This document shows, in pieces, positions 12,614-22,589 of a stretch of 64,000 nucleotides of DNA; position 1 is the first letter of the stretch, and each line of letters opens with the position of its first letter. Under the pieces are notes generated by a model that saw nothing but the letters and a program-made list of their open reading frames with translations, was not told where the DNA came from and searched no databases. Source of the stretch: Deltaproteobacteria bacterium UBA6601 (lineage in GTDB: Bacteria > Myxococcota_A > UBA796 > UBA9615); the NCBI GenBank assembly GCA_002433485.1, contig DJIF01000054.1, positions 1,158-65,157 of the forward strand. The letters are read 5' to 3'. The position numbers and the translations under genes were made by a program.

Positions 12614-15322
12614 TCAGTTACCCTGCGGAGTGATCTTGACGGTGTAGTCCCCGGGCGAACCGGAGTACCCGACAATGACAAACCAGCAATCGGAGCCGTC
12701 CGGCAACGGCACGATGGTAGTGCCCTCTTCTGGCTTGCTGAGATCAGCAAGGGACGGATCAAAGGGAATGTAGTAGTGGTCAGGATCGTTAACCGCATCA
12801 AAGTAGTAGCAGAAGAACCGAGCGTCGTAGTCGCCACCCCCAGTGGCCCAATCAAGTTCAACGCTGATAAAGCCCGCTTCCGGGAAGGTCAGGTGGTAGG
12901 CATCGTTGTCGCCGGCCCAGCTGTCCGCCTCAATGCTTGAGATGCTGCCTTTCAGTTCATTGGTCTTGCCAGCGCCTGCAGACTCACCCAGCTCCTGAAA
13001 GCTGCCCTCAGGCCACGGCGAATCCTCGACGCTGAAGCCGTCAATCTGCACATTATTGGGCTCCTCAGTCTCGTACCAAACCTTGCCCACTTCCGGCTGC
13101 TTGGCATACCAGGCGTGCAGGACAGGCAGCGCTTCAGCAGTACCCAGGACCTCCAGCGTCGGCGGATTACCCTGCTCCTCGTCTCGGTTCAGCGTCCAAT
13201 CGACCCGATCCTTCTGCAGGTTGTAGGGCACGAGCTCGGTGACCCGCCGGCCGCCAGGCTTCTCCACCGTATTGTTGAGGGAAGCGACATCGCCGGCAAA
13301 GAGATGCACCAACTCAAAGTCGGTGGTCACCACATTGGAACTGCGAACCTCGTAGTTACCGAGATGAACGCTGTCGTCCGTATCATCGCAATCACGCAAC
13401 GCCAGAGTGTAGCCGTCGCCATCCTGATCGACGTTCTCATAATCGGTGTTCTGCACAAAGCTGCCATCGTCCTGCAAAACCCAATCCCGATTCTCATCGA
13501 TCAGCCCGTCACAGTCATTATCTACGCCATCAGTGACGTCGTAGTTGAAAGCCACTGGCACACCAGCCTCATCGAGCTGGTGGGGATGAATGGACGGATC
13601 CAAGTCGTGGCAGTCGGCGCCACCGGCAGGCGTGAGCTTGGCAAAACCATCGCCATCGGCGTCGTCATCGGAGCCATCGCAGATGTCGTCGTTATCGAAG
13701 TCTGGCATGGCAGAATCCGCAACTTCAGGATCAGAGCCGCAGTTGATCTCTTCCCAATTATGAAAGCCATCGCCATCGGTATCCTGGGCGCAGCCAACGG
13801 TGCCGATGCAGTCACTGTCACAGTAGCCGTCACCATCGGTATCGGTGGGAAAGTCCTCAGGGTCGAAGGGGTTGGTGCCGCAGGCACGTTCCTCAAGATC
13901 CGACCACTCGTGCGGCGTCAGACCACCGACAACTCCACGGTCCTCATCATAGTTAGAGACAAAGTCCAGTTGGCCATCGCCAGCACTGCAGTCATCGTCG
14001 ATGGAGTTCCAGTCGATCTCATTGTCCAGGCCTGGATAGATGGCGGAATTGGCGTCATTACAGTCACCTACACCAAAGCCACTGTTGACCTCAATCTGGC
14101 CACGGCAGAACCCATCACCATCAAGGTCGCGACCATTCTCGCAGTAGCCGTCGCCGTCATCGTCGACGTCATCGGGACCATTATCCGCCCAACCGTCGCA
14201 GTCGTTGTCCTTGCGATCACCTGCTGTGTCACCGCGGTGCGGATGCACCTCAGGATCGTTGTCATTGCAGTCGCCTGCGGCCACCGTATAGCCATCACCA
14301 TCATCGTCGCGAGTCTCAGTGCCGGTGTCAGCGGTGCCGTCACAGTCGTTGTCCTTGCCATCTGCCATGCCGGGGATGATGGTGTCCGCCTCGATAGAGA
14401 CCTGCTGTAGGAAGTGCATGTCCCAGGCGCACCAGAACAGCTCAGCTTCCTGATCCAACTGCCAGTCGCTGCAGCCCGTGCCACCAACCGGATCCCCCAA
14501 GGCCTCAATGTCACTGCTCAAATAGGCGCCGACCTTGAGTTCCAGCGAGTCCTGGGTAGTGGGATAGGACAGGTCCAGATCCAACGTCGCGCTGTCTCCC
14601 TCGATTCCCGCCTGAACCAGATGCACCCGAGGGTCATTGCCCACCACGATCAGGTCATACTCGACGTTGTCGTCATCGGCGTTCACGGTCACCTTGACCA
14701 GGAATTCCTTGTTGGGCTCGGTCTCAGTGGCAAAACGCGGCTCGGCAAAGGTCTGCAGGGCCTCACCTTCCTCATTGAGGACCTCAGCACCCTCATCGTC
14801 CAACAGGGGAATCTGAGTATTCGGATCGGAATATAGTTCCGAGCCGCTGCCATCCATCACCACGATGTCGACATCAGCGTCCGAGTCCTCCTCTACAGGG
14901 CGCGCCTTGAACACCAAAGGGCCGAAGTAGTCGGTGCTGATCCGGTACCAGTCCTCATCCCGCTCGGGCTGAAACAGAATCGCGGCGCAATCAACATCAC
15001 TGTCTTCTGGTGTGATCTCATCGCAGGTCAGGTCAGCGGTTCCGCGAATGCGGTGATAGGCGTAGCTGATCTCATAGGGACCATCCGCGGTCTGCAGGGT
15101 GTCGTTGTTGAGGTCTTCAGTCTCGGCCCGGGGAGTCGGTTCCTTCTCCCAGAGGCCCAGCCGGTCCAGGGTCAGGACTCCGTGAACGTGACGCTGGGGT
15201 ATGCCGGTTTCTTCACCGAGACAGCCAACCAAAAGCAGCGGCAGAGCAACCAGAGAAAGTACGCCTACCAGCAGCAGCAGCGACAACGAGAGGCGAGATG
15301 AAGAGCGAAGGTACTTGTACAT
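12614..15322 (-). CDS. Large exported lipoprotein with many Asp/Cys-rich putative metal/Ca-binding repeats (MopE / thrombospondin-type-3-like) and a C-terminal pre-peptidase C-terminal (PPC) domain
   Basis: The lipoprotein signal reads ...LLLVGCLGEE. The motifs DNDCDG, DxDGDGY and GDCNDxDxxxxPG repeat more than 10 times. A PPC-like C-terminus is present (DNDAYHLTF....DCWFVIVGYSG..GDYTVKI). It sits 20 bp downstream of the Oar-like gene on the same strand. Confidence 0.7.
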   Translation of the reverse strand: MYKYLRSSSRLSLSLLLLVGVLSLVALPLLLVGCLGEETGIPQRHVHGVLTLDRLGLWEKEPTPRAETEDLNNDTLQTADGPYEISYAYHRIRGTADLTCDEITPEDSDVDCAAILFQPERDEDWYRISTDYFGPLVFKARPVEEDSDADVDIVVMDGSGSELYSDPNTQIPLLDDEGAEVLNEEGEALQTFAEPRFATETEPNKEFLVKVTVNADDDNVEYDLIVVGNDPRVHLVQAGIEGDSATLDLDLSYPTTQDSLELKVGAYLSSDIEALGDPVGGTGCSDWQLDQEAELFWCAWDMHFLQQVSIEADTIIPGMADGKDNDCDGTADTGTETRDDDGDGYTVAAGDCNDNDPEVHPHRGDTAGDRKDNDCDGWADNGPDDVDDDGDGYCENGRDLDGDGFCRGQIEVNSGFGVGDCNDANSAIYPGLDNEIDWNSIDDDCSAGDGQLDFVSNYDEDRGVVGGLTPHEWSDLEERACGTNPFDPEDFPTDTDGDGYCDSDCIGTVGCAQDTDGDGFHNWEEINCGSDPEVADSAMPDFDNDDICDGSDDDADGDGFAKLTPAGGADCHDLDPSIHPHQLDEAGVPVAFNYDVTDGVDNDCDGLIDENRDWVLQDDGSFVQNTDYENVDQDGDGYTLALRDCDDTDDSVHLGNYEVRSSNVVTTDFELVHLFAGDVASLNNTVEKPGGRRVTELVPYNLQKDRVDWTLNRDEEQGNPPTLEVLGTAEALPVLHAWYAKQPEVGKVWYETEEPNNVQIDGFSVEDSPWPEGSFQELGESAGAGKTNELKGSISSIEADSWAGDNDAYHLTFPEAGFISVELDWATGGGDYDARFFCYYFDAVNDPDHYYIPFDPSLADLSKPEEGTTIVPLPDGSDCWFVIVGYSGSPGDYTVKITPQGN

Positions 15323-15342
15323 GGAAGATTCCGTCTCTCTGA

Positions 15343-18258
15343 CTAGAAGGAGAAGCGCACGCCAAGCTCAAAGCGACGCGGCGACTGGTAGCTGGTGGGC
15401 TGAGCAAAGACTGCACCGGACTGGGTGCCAAAGACTGGCAAACCGGCAGAGGTCAAAGCCCGCTGATCTGCGCTCAAAACGTCCAGGCTATTCAGGATAT
15501 TGAAAACCTGCAGGATGATATCTACCTGAGTTCCGGCAATGGACATCGCCAGTGCCGCACGCAGATCAAGACCCAGATAGGCGGGGAGCCGCTCCTGCGT
15601 ACCCCGCTTGGCGACGTAGTTTCCATAGCCTTGCCGCCAGGCGTTGTACTGAAGCCTGTTGATCGGGGTGCCGCTGCGGAAGTCCATGGCCCCACCGATG
15701 GAGTAGCCCATGCTGAACTTCTCGGCCAGCTTCCAGACGTTCGGGTTGTCGTAGGCTGCCTGCAGCTTGAAGACATGCGGCTGATCGCTGCCAGCAATGC
15801 CGTCCTCATAGTAGCGCTGAGTTGGGTTGTCGAAGTCGGGGGAGAGGCCAATGCGGTCACCGGCGCTACGCCCAGCAGAGTTCGCCACCAGTCGCGAGTA
15901 GGTATAGGAACCAAGCATCTGGAAGTTGTCACTGAGCTGCTTGCGAACAATGAGCGTCATTGCCCAGTAGTCGCGCTTACTCTCCTGTGGGGTGCGCAGG
16001 CGATAGATGTCCTCTGCAATGCCGTTGCGGAAGCCAACGGAGTCGGTTCCATCATCGTTCCAGAGCACATTAACCTCGTCGTCCTCCCACATATGGGTGA
16101 AGGTTCGATAGACGAAGTTGAACTCAGCGCCCAGGTCACGAGCGATCTCCCGCTGCACCGAAAGGAACAACTCGTTGCTGCGTGCCACCACAAAGTCCGG
16201 ATGGCTGATGTTGCTGGCTGGTGTCGAAGCTCGCGTACTCTCCTCCTGCCACTTCTGCTGCGCTGCATCCCAGGGATAGAACTCAAAGTTGAAGGTGTTC
16301 TGGTTGAGGTAGCCACTCAGCTCCAGGAAACCGGGATCGGCGATCTGGGCCCAGTTGGCCGAGAGCCGGGTCTTGCCATCTCGGAAAGGATCCCAGGCTG
16401 CACCTACCCCCCAGCTCACCGCACTGCTGTCGATAATGGCCTGCTCAATGTTGTTGCGCAGCCGCGCACGCAGGTAGCGGGCACCAGCATTGATGGAGAG
16501 GCCTCGAACCGGCAGCCAGCGGTCCTGGACATAGCCGTTGAAAACCAGCCCCAGCTCGTGCTCACGGTCGCTGTTGACCACGACGTAGCGGGCCTCGTTG
16601 CGGTAGCCCTCCAGGTTAGAGACCTCGTCAACTGACAGGGTGCCGTCACTATTGGCGTCCACCGGCTGCTTCACAAAGACCTTGTTGCCGATGTAGCCGA
16701 AGTCACTGGTGTGCCATACAGGGGCAAACTCAACCCCAGCATTAAAGGTGTGAGAGCCCAACAGACGATCAATACCCAGCTCAAAGTCACTCTTGATGGA
16801 GAAGCGATTCCTGCGACTGAGATTGTAGTTTCCGAGGCTGCCGTGGTTCAGACCACCCTGGTTGGCCCAGATGGCGTTCTGCTGCTTGTCAGCGTCGAGG
16901 CAACGGCCAATGGGATCACGCTCATCGCAGTCCTTCCACAGCACCGGCTCCAAGAAGATGCTGGAGTTCTGATAGAAAGCCGTAGTGGTCAGCACCGCCC
17001 TACCGCCAATGCGGGCCTCGTGGGCCAACGACACAGAGAAGCCACCCTGACGCCACATCCGCTCCCCCTCACCGACGGTAAAGACAGACTGCAGATCATT
17101 CTCAAAAGTGGTCGGGTCGGCTCTGAACGAAAGGGTGAACTTGTTGCGCGCCACCGGCTGGGCGGTGAGCTTAGCCAGAATGAAGTGGCTGTTGGCCACC
17201 AACGGCAGCATCGGGTAGCGGGCAAAGTCACGACCAATGTCGAGGCCGCTCTGGCTGAGCCGAGTAGTGCGGCGGTGCTGATAGGCCAGATAGAACCAGA
17301 AACGGTCCTTGACGATCGGGCCACCTAGGGACGCATTCAAGTTCAATGAGGTGAACTCGTTACGAGCAAGACTCAGGTACTCAGAACCCGACTGGGTGAA
17401 TCCAGTGCTCTGAAGGTAGCCGCTGAAGTCGCCCTCAAAGGTGTTTCCGCCGGACTTGGTGACGATGTTGATGGTACCGCCCAGGCCCTGGTTGTAGCGA
17501 GCATCGTAGCCAGCGGTAATGACCTCAAGATCCTCAATGGCGTCGAAATTGAAGTTCATCGAGAAGGTACCGGTAACCGGGTCGGTGGTGCTGGCCCCAT
17601 CCAGGTAGTACTGATTGGACTGCATAGCGCCGCCGCTGATGTTCGGATTGCTGCCACCGGTTACCCCGGGCAGGAACTGAACAGCGTCCTGGAAGGAGCG
17701 TCCGGAAGGCAGGTTGCCCAGGAAGTCAGCGCCCAAGGTCATGCTCTGAGTAGTCTGCTCGGTGTCGATGACCGGCCTCCGGTCAATGACCTCGACGGTC
17801 TCTCCAACCTCAGGCAGCTCCATAACCAACCTGATGTTCAGGCTGCGACCCACAGAGAGGCTGAGATTCGAGCGGATGATGGTCTTGAACCCCTCTTTCT
17901 CAACATCAACCCGGTAGGTACCCGGCGGGAGCGCGAGAAATCTGAACAGGCCATCCGCTGCCGTGACGGCATCCCGGGAGCCCTGCAGGTTCTCGGAAGT
18001 AAGAGTCAGCTTGACGCCCTCAAGAGGACTGTCACTCTGGTCGACGATCTCGCCCTTAAGGGTCGCCGTAGTGGCCTGGGCAAACAGGGTGGACGGGAGC
18101 AGCAGCGCAGCAAGGACAAGCAGGACTGCAAGAGAATGAAGTGGGGAGCGGACAGGCAAAGGAGACCTCGCGAGGTTCGGGCTAAAACAGGGCCGCTGAC
18201 GCAACGGGAAACCGGCCTGGAGACCAGGGTCCCAGGCCGCGGGATTTCTAGCAGTCAA
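15343..18258 (-). CDS. Oar-like TonB-dependent outer-membrane transporter with an N-terminal carboxypeptidase-regulatory-like domain
   Basis: A signal-like segment (AVLLVLAALLLPSTLFAQA) is followed by a CarboxypepD_reg-like domain (TLKGEIVD..GV.LTL......TAADGLFRF..LPPGTYRVDVEKEGFK). A plug and a long beta-barrel follow, ending in the terminal ...FELGVRFSF. It is 971 aa. The true start is uncertain because about 40 aa precede the signal sequence. Confidence 0.8.
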   Translation of the reverse strand: MTARNPAAWDPGLQAGFPLRQRPCFSPNLARSPLPVRSPLHSLAVLLVLAALLLPSTLFAQATTATLKGEIVDQSDSPLEGVKLTLTSENLQGSRDAVTAADGLFRFLALPPGTYRVDVEKEGFKTIIRSNLSLSVGRSLNIRLVMELPEVGETVEVIDRRPVIDTEQTTQSMTLGADFLGNLPSGRSFQDAVQFLPGVTGGSNPNISGGAMQSNQYYLDGASTTDPVTGTFSMNFNFDAIEDLEVITAGYDARYNQGLGGTINIVTKSGGNTFEGDFSGYLQSTGFTQSGSEYLSLARNEFTSLNLNASLGGPIVKDRFWFYLAYQHRRTTRLSQSGLDIGRDFARYPMLPLVANSHFILAKLTAQPVARNKFTLSFRADPTTFENDLQSVFTVGEGERMWRQGGFSVSLAHEARIGGRAVLTTTAFYQNSSIFLEPVLWKDCDERDPIGRCLDADKQQNAIWANQGGLNHGSLGNYNLSRRNRFSIKSDFELGIDRLLGSHTFNAGVEFAPVWHTSDFGYIGNKVFVKQPVDANSDGTLSVDEVSNLEGYRNEARYVVVNSDREHELGLVFNGYVQDRWLPVRGLSINAGARYLRARLRNNIEQAIIDSSAVSWGVGAAWDPFRDGKTRLSANWAQIADPGFLELSGYLNQNTFNFEFYPWDAAQQKWQEESTRASTPASNISHPDFVVARSNELFLSVQREIARDLGAEFNFVYRTFTHMWEDDEVNVLWNDDGTDSVGFRNGIAEDIYRLRTPQESKRDYWAMTLIVRKQLSDNFQMLGSYTYSRLVANSAGRSAGDRIGLSPDFDNPTQRYYEDGIAGSDQPHVFKLQAAYDNPNVWKLAEKFSMGYSIGGAMDFRSGTPINRLQYNAWRQGYGNYVAKRGTQERLPAYLGLDLRAALAMSIAGTQVDIILQVFNILNSLDVLSADQRALTSAGLPVFGTQSGAVFAQPTSYQSPRRFELGVRFSF

Positions 18259-18464
18259 GCCAAAGGTAAGTCAAGGGAACTACGGGGGGGGTGGTTATGC
18301 GAACATTACATAATTATTTCAAAACCTTATCCTCCAGAAAGCGGCTTCTTCGGGCAGGGAGTCTCGGACACTGCTAGGGTGTCCCCGACCAAAGGGCCGC
18401 AACTTCCGCCAGCGCAGGCAAAAGGCTGCCCCCAGTTCACCAATCGCAGCGAAAGGCCGCTTCC
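18259..18464. promoter_or_regulatory. Intergenic region of divergent promoters, containing a G8 tract and an AT-rich island
   Basis: It lies between the Oar-like start (minus strand) and the start of gene 18465 (plus strand). It contains GGGGGGGG at 18284-18291 and an AT-rich segment at about 18296-18345 (ttatgcgaacattacataattatttcaaaacc) in an otherwise GC-rich genome. Confidence 0.35.
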
Positions 18465-18980
18465 GTGTCCTACCCGAGCTTTGATTGCCCCCACTGTAAT
18501 GCGGAGGTCCCGGTCGGGGCTCTCCGCTGCAAAGAGTGCTTTAACGAAACCAGCGTCGCTGAGAAACGCTCCGCCAGAGGAGCTGTGGTTGGGCTGCTGC
18601 TGTTAACCCTGTTGGTCGGTGCTGCGGGAATGGGTGCCTGGAATATCCGCTATCACCGCGGCCAGCTGGGCAACGCCGTGGTTGACCACAGTGAACAACG
18701 CATCGTGCTGGTCTACACCTCTACCTTTAGAGACCCTGGCACCAAGCAGGTGAACTTCTCCGACGTATCTCAGGTGCTCCTGGAAGGGCGCCAACTCATC
18801 ATGGCCGGGGATGTCTGGAAGGTCTCCCTGGTCCTGAACAGTGGCGAGAAGGTGCTGCTGCGAACCGGCAGCCAGAGTCTTGAAATTTATGCCTCTTCCA
18901 TCGCCCAGCAGCTCAATAAGGAACTACGGTTTATCAACAAGCTCGGCAGTGGCCGTGACCTGCTCGACACCAAGGGCTGA
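18465..18980 (+). CDS. Membrane protein with an N-terminal zinc ribbon. Function unknown.
   Basis: It has a CPHC...CKEC zinc-ribbon motif, then one TM helix (VVGLLLLTLLVGAAGMGAW), then a roughly 110 aa extracytoplasmic domain. Confidence 0.45.
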   Translation: MSYPSFDCPHCNAEVPVGALRCKECFNETSVAEKRSARGAVVGLLLLTLLVGAAGMGAWNIRYHRGQLGNAVVDHSEQRIVLVYTSTFRDPGTKQVNFSDVSQVLLEGRQLIMAGDVWKVSLVLNSGEKVLLRTGSQSLEIYASSIAQQLNKELRFINKLGSGRDLLDTKG

Positions 18981-19007
18981 GAAACTCTCGAGTAGCCGAG
19001 TCGCCTA

Positions 19008-20042
19008 ATGTTCCTTGACTGGTTGCTTGGCCGATTCTCTACTGATCTGGCCATTGACCTGGGCACGGCCAATACCCTGGTCTTTGTGCAGGGCCAGGGG
19101 ATCGTGCTCGAAGAGCCCTCAGTAGTCGCCATCAACAAGGACCCCCACAATCGCACCGTCCTGGCAGTAGGCTCGGAAGCACGAGAGATGCTCGGCAAAG
19201 TTCCCGGCAGCATCGAGACCGCCCGCCCGATGATGGATGGAGTAATCGCCGACCTCGACGTCACCGAAGCCATGCTGCGACACTTCATCCGCAAGGTTCA
19301 CGGACGCAAAACCTTTGTGCGTCCGCGGGTCGTCATCTGTATCCCCTTCGGCATCACTGAGGTTGAGCGCCGTGCCGTGCGTGACTCAGCGCGCGCCGCA
19401 GGGGCCCGCGAGGTCTACCTCATTCAGGAACCTATGGCGGCGGCCTTGGGGGCTGGTCTTCCAGTTACCGACCCGCGTGGCAACATGATCGTCGATATCG
19501 GCGGTGGCACCACTGAAGTAGCGGTCATCTCACTGGGAGGCATCGTGTTCTCTCGTTCAGTGCGGGTCGGCGGCGATCGGATGGACCAGGCGGTCATCGA
19601 CTACATCCGTCGTGAGCACAGCCTGCTGATCGGCAGCCGCAGTGCGGAACGGGTAAAGATCCAGGTGGGCTGCGCCCATCCACCCACCCAGGGTCGGGAG
19701 ATGGTGGTCAAAGGGCGCGACCTCAAGCGCGGTATTCCCGGCACCATCACCGTCGACTCACGGGAAATATATGTGGCTCTGCGTGATCCCGTCGCTGAGA
19801 TCGTCGGAACGGTGCGCTACACCTTAGAGAACACCCCTCCAGAACTGGCAGCGGACATCATGGAACAGGGCATCATTCTGGCCGGCGGCGGTGCGCTTTT
19901 AGAAGGGCTCGATGAGTGTCTACGCGAAGTTACCGGACTACCAGTGATCGTGGCCCCAGACCCCCTGCTGTGTGTCGCCCGCGGCTCAGGCGCCGCGCTC
20001 GAGTCACTGGACCTGCTACGGCGAGTCACCGAGCCGGCCTGA
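19008..20042 (+). CDS. mreB: Rod-shape determining actin homolog MreB
   Basis: The sequence reads [42 protein letters not shown]... and later ..[16 protein letters not shown]. The 344 aa length is typical. Confidence 0.93.
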   Translation: MFLDWLLGRFSTDLAIDLGTANTLVFVQGQGIVLEEPSVVAINKDPHNRTVLAVGSEAREMLGKVPGSIETARPMMDGVIADLDVTEAMLRHFIRKVHGRKTFVRPRVVICIPFGITEVERRAVRDSARAAGAREVYLIQEPMAAALGAGLPVTDPRGNMIVDIGGGTTEVAVISLGGIVFSRSVRVGGDRMDQAVIDYIRREHSLLIGSRSAERVKIQVGCAHPPTQGREMVVKGRDLKRGIPGTITVDSREIYVALRDPVAEIVGTVRYTLENTPPELAADIMEQGIILAGGGALLEGLDECLREVTGLPVIVAPDPLLCVARGSGAALESLDLLRRVTEPA

Positions 20043-20061
20043 GCCACGCGCGAGGCGCGGC

Positions 20062-21324
20062 TCAGTCTGCCAACTTGCGAACAAAGGCAGGGCGATCCAG
20101 GTGGGGCATGTCCTCATCAACGGCAGCCTGAAACACATCACTGGACTTGCGCTCCAGCAGACGCGGCTCTACCGCTGGATCACGGGCGTTACGAACTGCT
20201 GGAGGCAGATCGTAGGTAGAAGCAGGCAAGGTCGCCCACGGATTGACCGGAATGGGCCTCGGGACCTCGGTCTTCAAGATCCGCGGCAAGCTGGGGCGGC
20301 TCATCTCTTGAAGGGGCTCAACATTAGCTTCTTCAATGGACTCGATCCCCGTCGCAAGAACCGTCACCCGGACCTCATCACCTACCGACTCATCAACAAC
20401 CCAGCCAAAGATCACCTCGGCGTCATCGTGGGCCTCCTCCTCAATCAAGGTCACTGCCTCGGTAAGCTCTGCCAGCTTTAGAGTGGAGTTGCTGGTGACA
20501 TTGACCAGCACCCCCTTAGCGCCGGTAATGACCGCCTCCTCAAGCAAGGGGGAACTGATGGCTCGCTGAGCCGCTTCAACAGCTCGCAGCTCACCGCTGG
20601 AAGTGCCCATTCCCATCATCGCCAGGCCAGGAATACTCATCACCGTGCGGACATCGGCAAAGTCAGCGTTCACGACGCCCTTTACGTGAATCAGATCAAC
20701 GACTCCCCGGACCGCATCTAGCAGCACCTGATCGGCCAACTTAAAGGCATCCATGGTGCTCATCTCAGGACCTGCGAGAGCCACCAGGCGGTCGTTGGGG
20801 ATCACCACCAGGGTATCCACCGCTTCCCTGAGTTGCTCGATCCCAGCCTCAGCAGTCCTGCGGCGGCGCTTCCCCTCAAAGGAGAAGGGTCGGGTGACCA
20901 CCGCAACACAGAGTGCACCTGTCTCACGCGCGACCTGCGCAATTACGGGAGCAGCGCCGGTCCCGGTCCCTCCACCCATGCCTGCGGTGACAAAGACCAT
21001 GTCGGCGCCGGTCACGAGTTCCTCAATCCTTGTGCGGCTCTCCCGCGCTGCATCACGTCCCACCTCGGGCCGAGCGCCGGCCCCCAGGCCGCGGGTCAGG
21101 CCCACCCCCAGGGCGAGCACCTCGTCGGCCTCCGACTCCACCAGCGCTTGCTGATCGGTGTTGGCGGCTACCAAACTCACATTGCTGAGGCGGGCGCGGG
21201 CCATGGTATTGACCGCATTACCGCCTCCTCCACCGACGCCAATTACCCGGATCGAGATCTCGTCAACCTCACCGTCTCTTGGCTCAGCAGCAAACTGAAT
21301 GGTGTTCTCATCTTCATCCAACAT
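20062..21324 (-). CDS. ftsZ: Cell division GTPase FtsZ
   Basis: The tubulin signature GGGTGTG and IRVIGVGGGGGNAVN are present. It is 420 aa. Confidence 0.95.
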   Translation of the reverse strand: MLDEDENTIQFAAEPRDGEVDEISIRVIGVGGGGGNAVNTMARARLSNVSLVAANTDQQALVESEADEVLALGVGLTRGLGAGARPEVGRDAARESRTRIEELVTGADMVFVTAGMGGGTGTGAAPVIAQVARETGALCVAVVTRPFSFEGKRRRRTAEAGIEQLREAVDTLVVIPNDRLVALAGPEMSTMDAFKLADQVLLDAVRGVVDLIHVKGVVNADFADVRTVMSIPGLAMMGMGTSSGELRAVEAAQRAISSPLLEEAVITGAKGVLVNVTSNSTLKLAELTEAVTLIEEEAHDDAEVIFGWVVDESVGDEVRVTVLATGIESIEEANVEPLQEMSRPSLPRILKTEVPRPIPVNPWATLPASTYDLPPAVRNARDPAVEPRLLERKSSDVFQAAVDEDMPHLDRPAFVRKLAD

Positions 21325-21347
21325 ACCGTTCCTCCGTTTTGCTGCTC

Positions 21348-22589
21348 TCAGAACACCAGATCAAACCAGCGACCGAACTGCCCGCGTAGATGTGCAAAGA
21401 CTCCCACTGGAGCCTGGCCAAAAGGCCCAGGCGAGCCATAATTCTCAAGGCCGAACTTCACCAGACCAACACCAGTGGCGTACTCAGGTGTACCTACAAC
21501 GTCGCTCAGGCCACCGATCTCACGCGGCACACCGCGTCGCGCAGGCATCCCCAGAAAGCGCTCGGCGGCCTTCAGAATGCCCGGCAACAAGCTACCGCCT
21601 CCGGTAACCACCACACCGGCAGGGAGGACCCGATTGTGCCCCACGCGCTGAAGTTCCTTAGCCAGCAGTTCAAAGATCTCACTCACCCGGGGCTCGATGA
21701 CCTCACAAAGCATTCCCTTGTTGGTGCTGTGAATCCGGTCTCCTCCGACCTGCATGAAATCAAAAGGCTCCGCCTCATCCACCAGCTCCCGCAGCGCGCA
21801 GCCATGGTCCTGTTTGATCCGCTCCGCAACGGTGTTGGAAGCCGCCAGGGCGTAGGCAATGTCACTATCGATGAGATTGCCACCAACCGGCAGTACAAAA
21901 GAGTGCAGGACAGCTCCCTGCGAATAGATGGTCAGATCGGTCGTCCCGCCACCGATGTCGATGAGCAGCACGCCGAGTTCCTTCTCATCAGCGGTCAGCA
22001 CCGCCTCTGCGCTGGCCAACGGACCCAGCACGATGTCCCGCACTCCAAGGCGCATCAGTTCGCAGCAGCGGATAATGTTCTGGGCTGCGGCAACCGCCGC
22101 GGTGACAATGTGCACCTCCGATGACAGGCGCACCCCACTCATGCCGCGCGGATCGTCGATCTCCTCCTGCTCATCGATCTTGAACTGCTGGGGAATCACA
22201 TGAATCACGCGCCGATTGGTCGGAATCGCGATGGTCTGGGCGGCCTCCAAGACCTTATCCACGTCGGTCTGAGCCACCTGACCACCGCGTATGGGCACCA
22301 TCCCGGCGCTGTTGACACTGTGAATATGACCACCAGCGATGTTGGTATAGACGGAGTTGACCTCAACCCCAGCCATCATCTCCGCTTCATCTACCGCCAC
22401 CTGAATGGAGTGCACGGTGTCTTCAATGTTGATCACATTCCCCTTACGCAGACCACGCGAGGGGTGAGAGCCAATGCCGATGATGTCAACCCCGCCGAAG
22501 CTGTTGCGTTCACCCACCACACAGGCAACCTTGCTGGTGCCTATGTCGAGACCTGCAATAACAGAGTCGCGCGGGGTAGGCGCGGTCAT
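21348..22589 (-). CDS. ftsA: Cell division protein FtsA
   Basis: It has an actin-like ATPase fold (VIAGLDIGTSKVACVVGE..., DIGGGTTDLTIY). It lies between ftsQ and ftsZ, and its start overlaps the ftsQ stop. Confidence 0.93.
   Translation of the reverse strand: MTAPTPRDSVIAGLDIGTSKVACVVGERNSFGGVDIIGIGSHPSRGLRKGNVINIEDTVHSIQVAVDEAEMMAGVEVNSVYTNIAGGHIHSVNSAGMVPIRGGQVAQTDVDKVLEAAQTIAIPTNRRVIHVIPQQFKIDEQEEIDDPRGMSGVRLSSEVHIVTAAVAAAQNIIRCCELMRLGVRDIVLGPLASAEAVLTADEKELGVLLIDIGGGTTDLTIYSQGAVLHSFVLPVGGNLIDSDIAYALAASNTVAERIKQDHGCALRELVDEAEPFDFMQVGGDRIHSTNKGMLCEVIEPRVSEIFELLAKELQRVGHNRVLPAGVVVTGGGSLLPGILKAAERFLGMPARRGVPREIGGLSDVVGTPEYATGVGLVKFGLENYGSPGPFGQAPVGVFAHLRGQFGRWFDLVF

Noticed and set aside
13115-14410. 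A 431-aa ORF on the plus strand inside the 902-aa repeat-lipoprotein gene
   Set aside because: It is antisense to a well-supported gene. Its product is a monotonous V/I/A/G-rich sequence typical of the reverse strand of GAC/GAT-rich high-GC coding DNA. It has no start context or homology signal.
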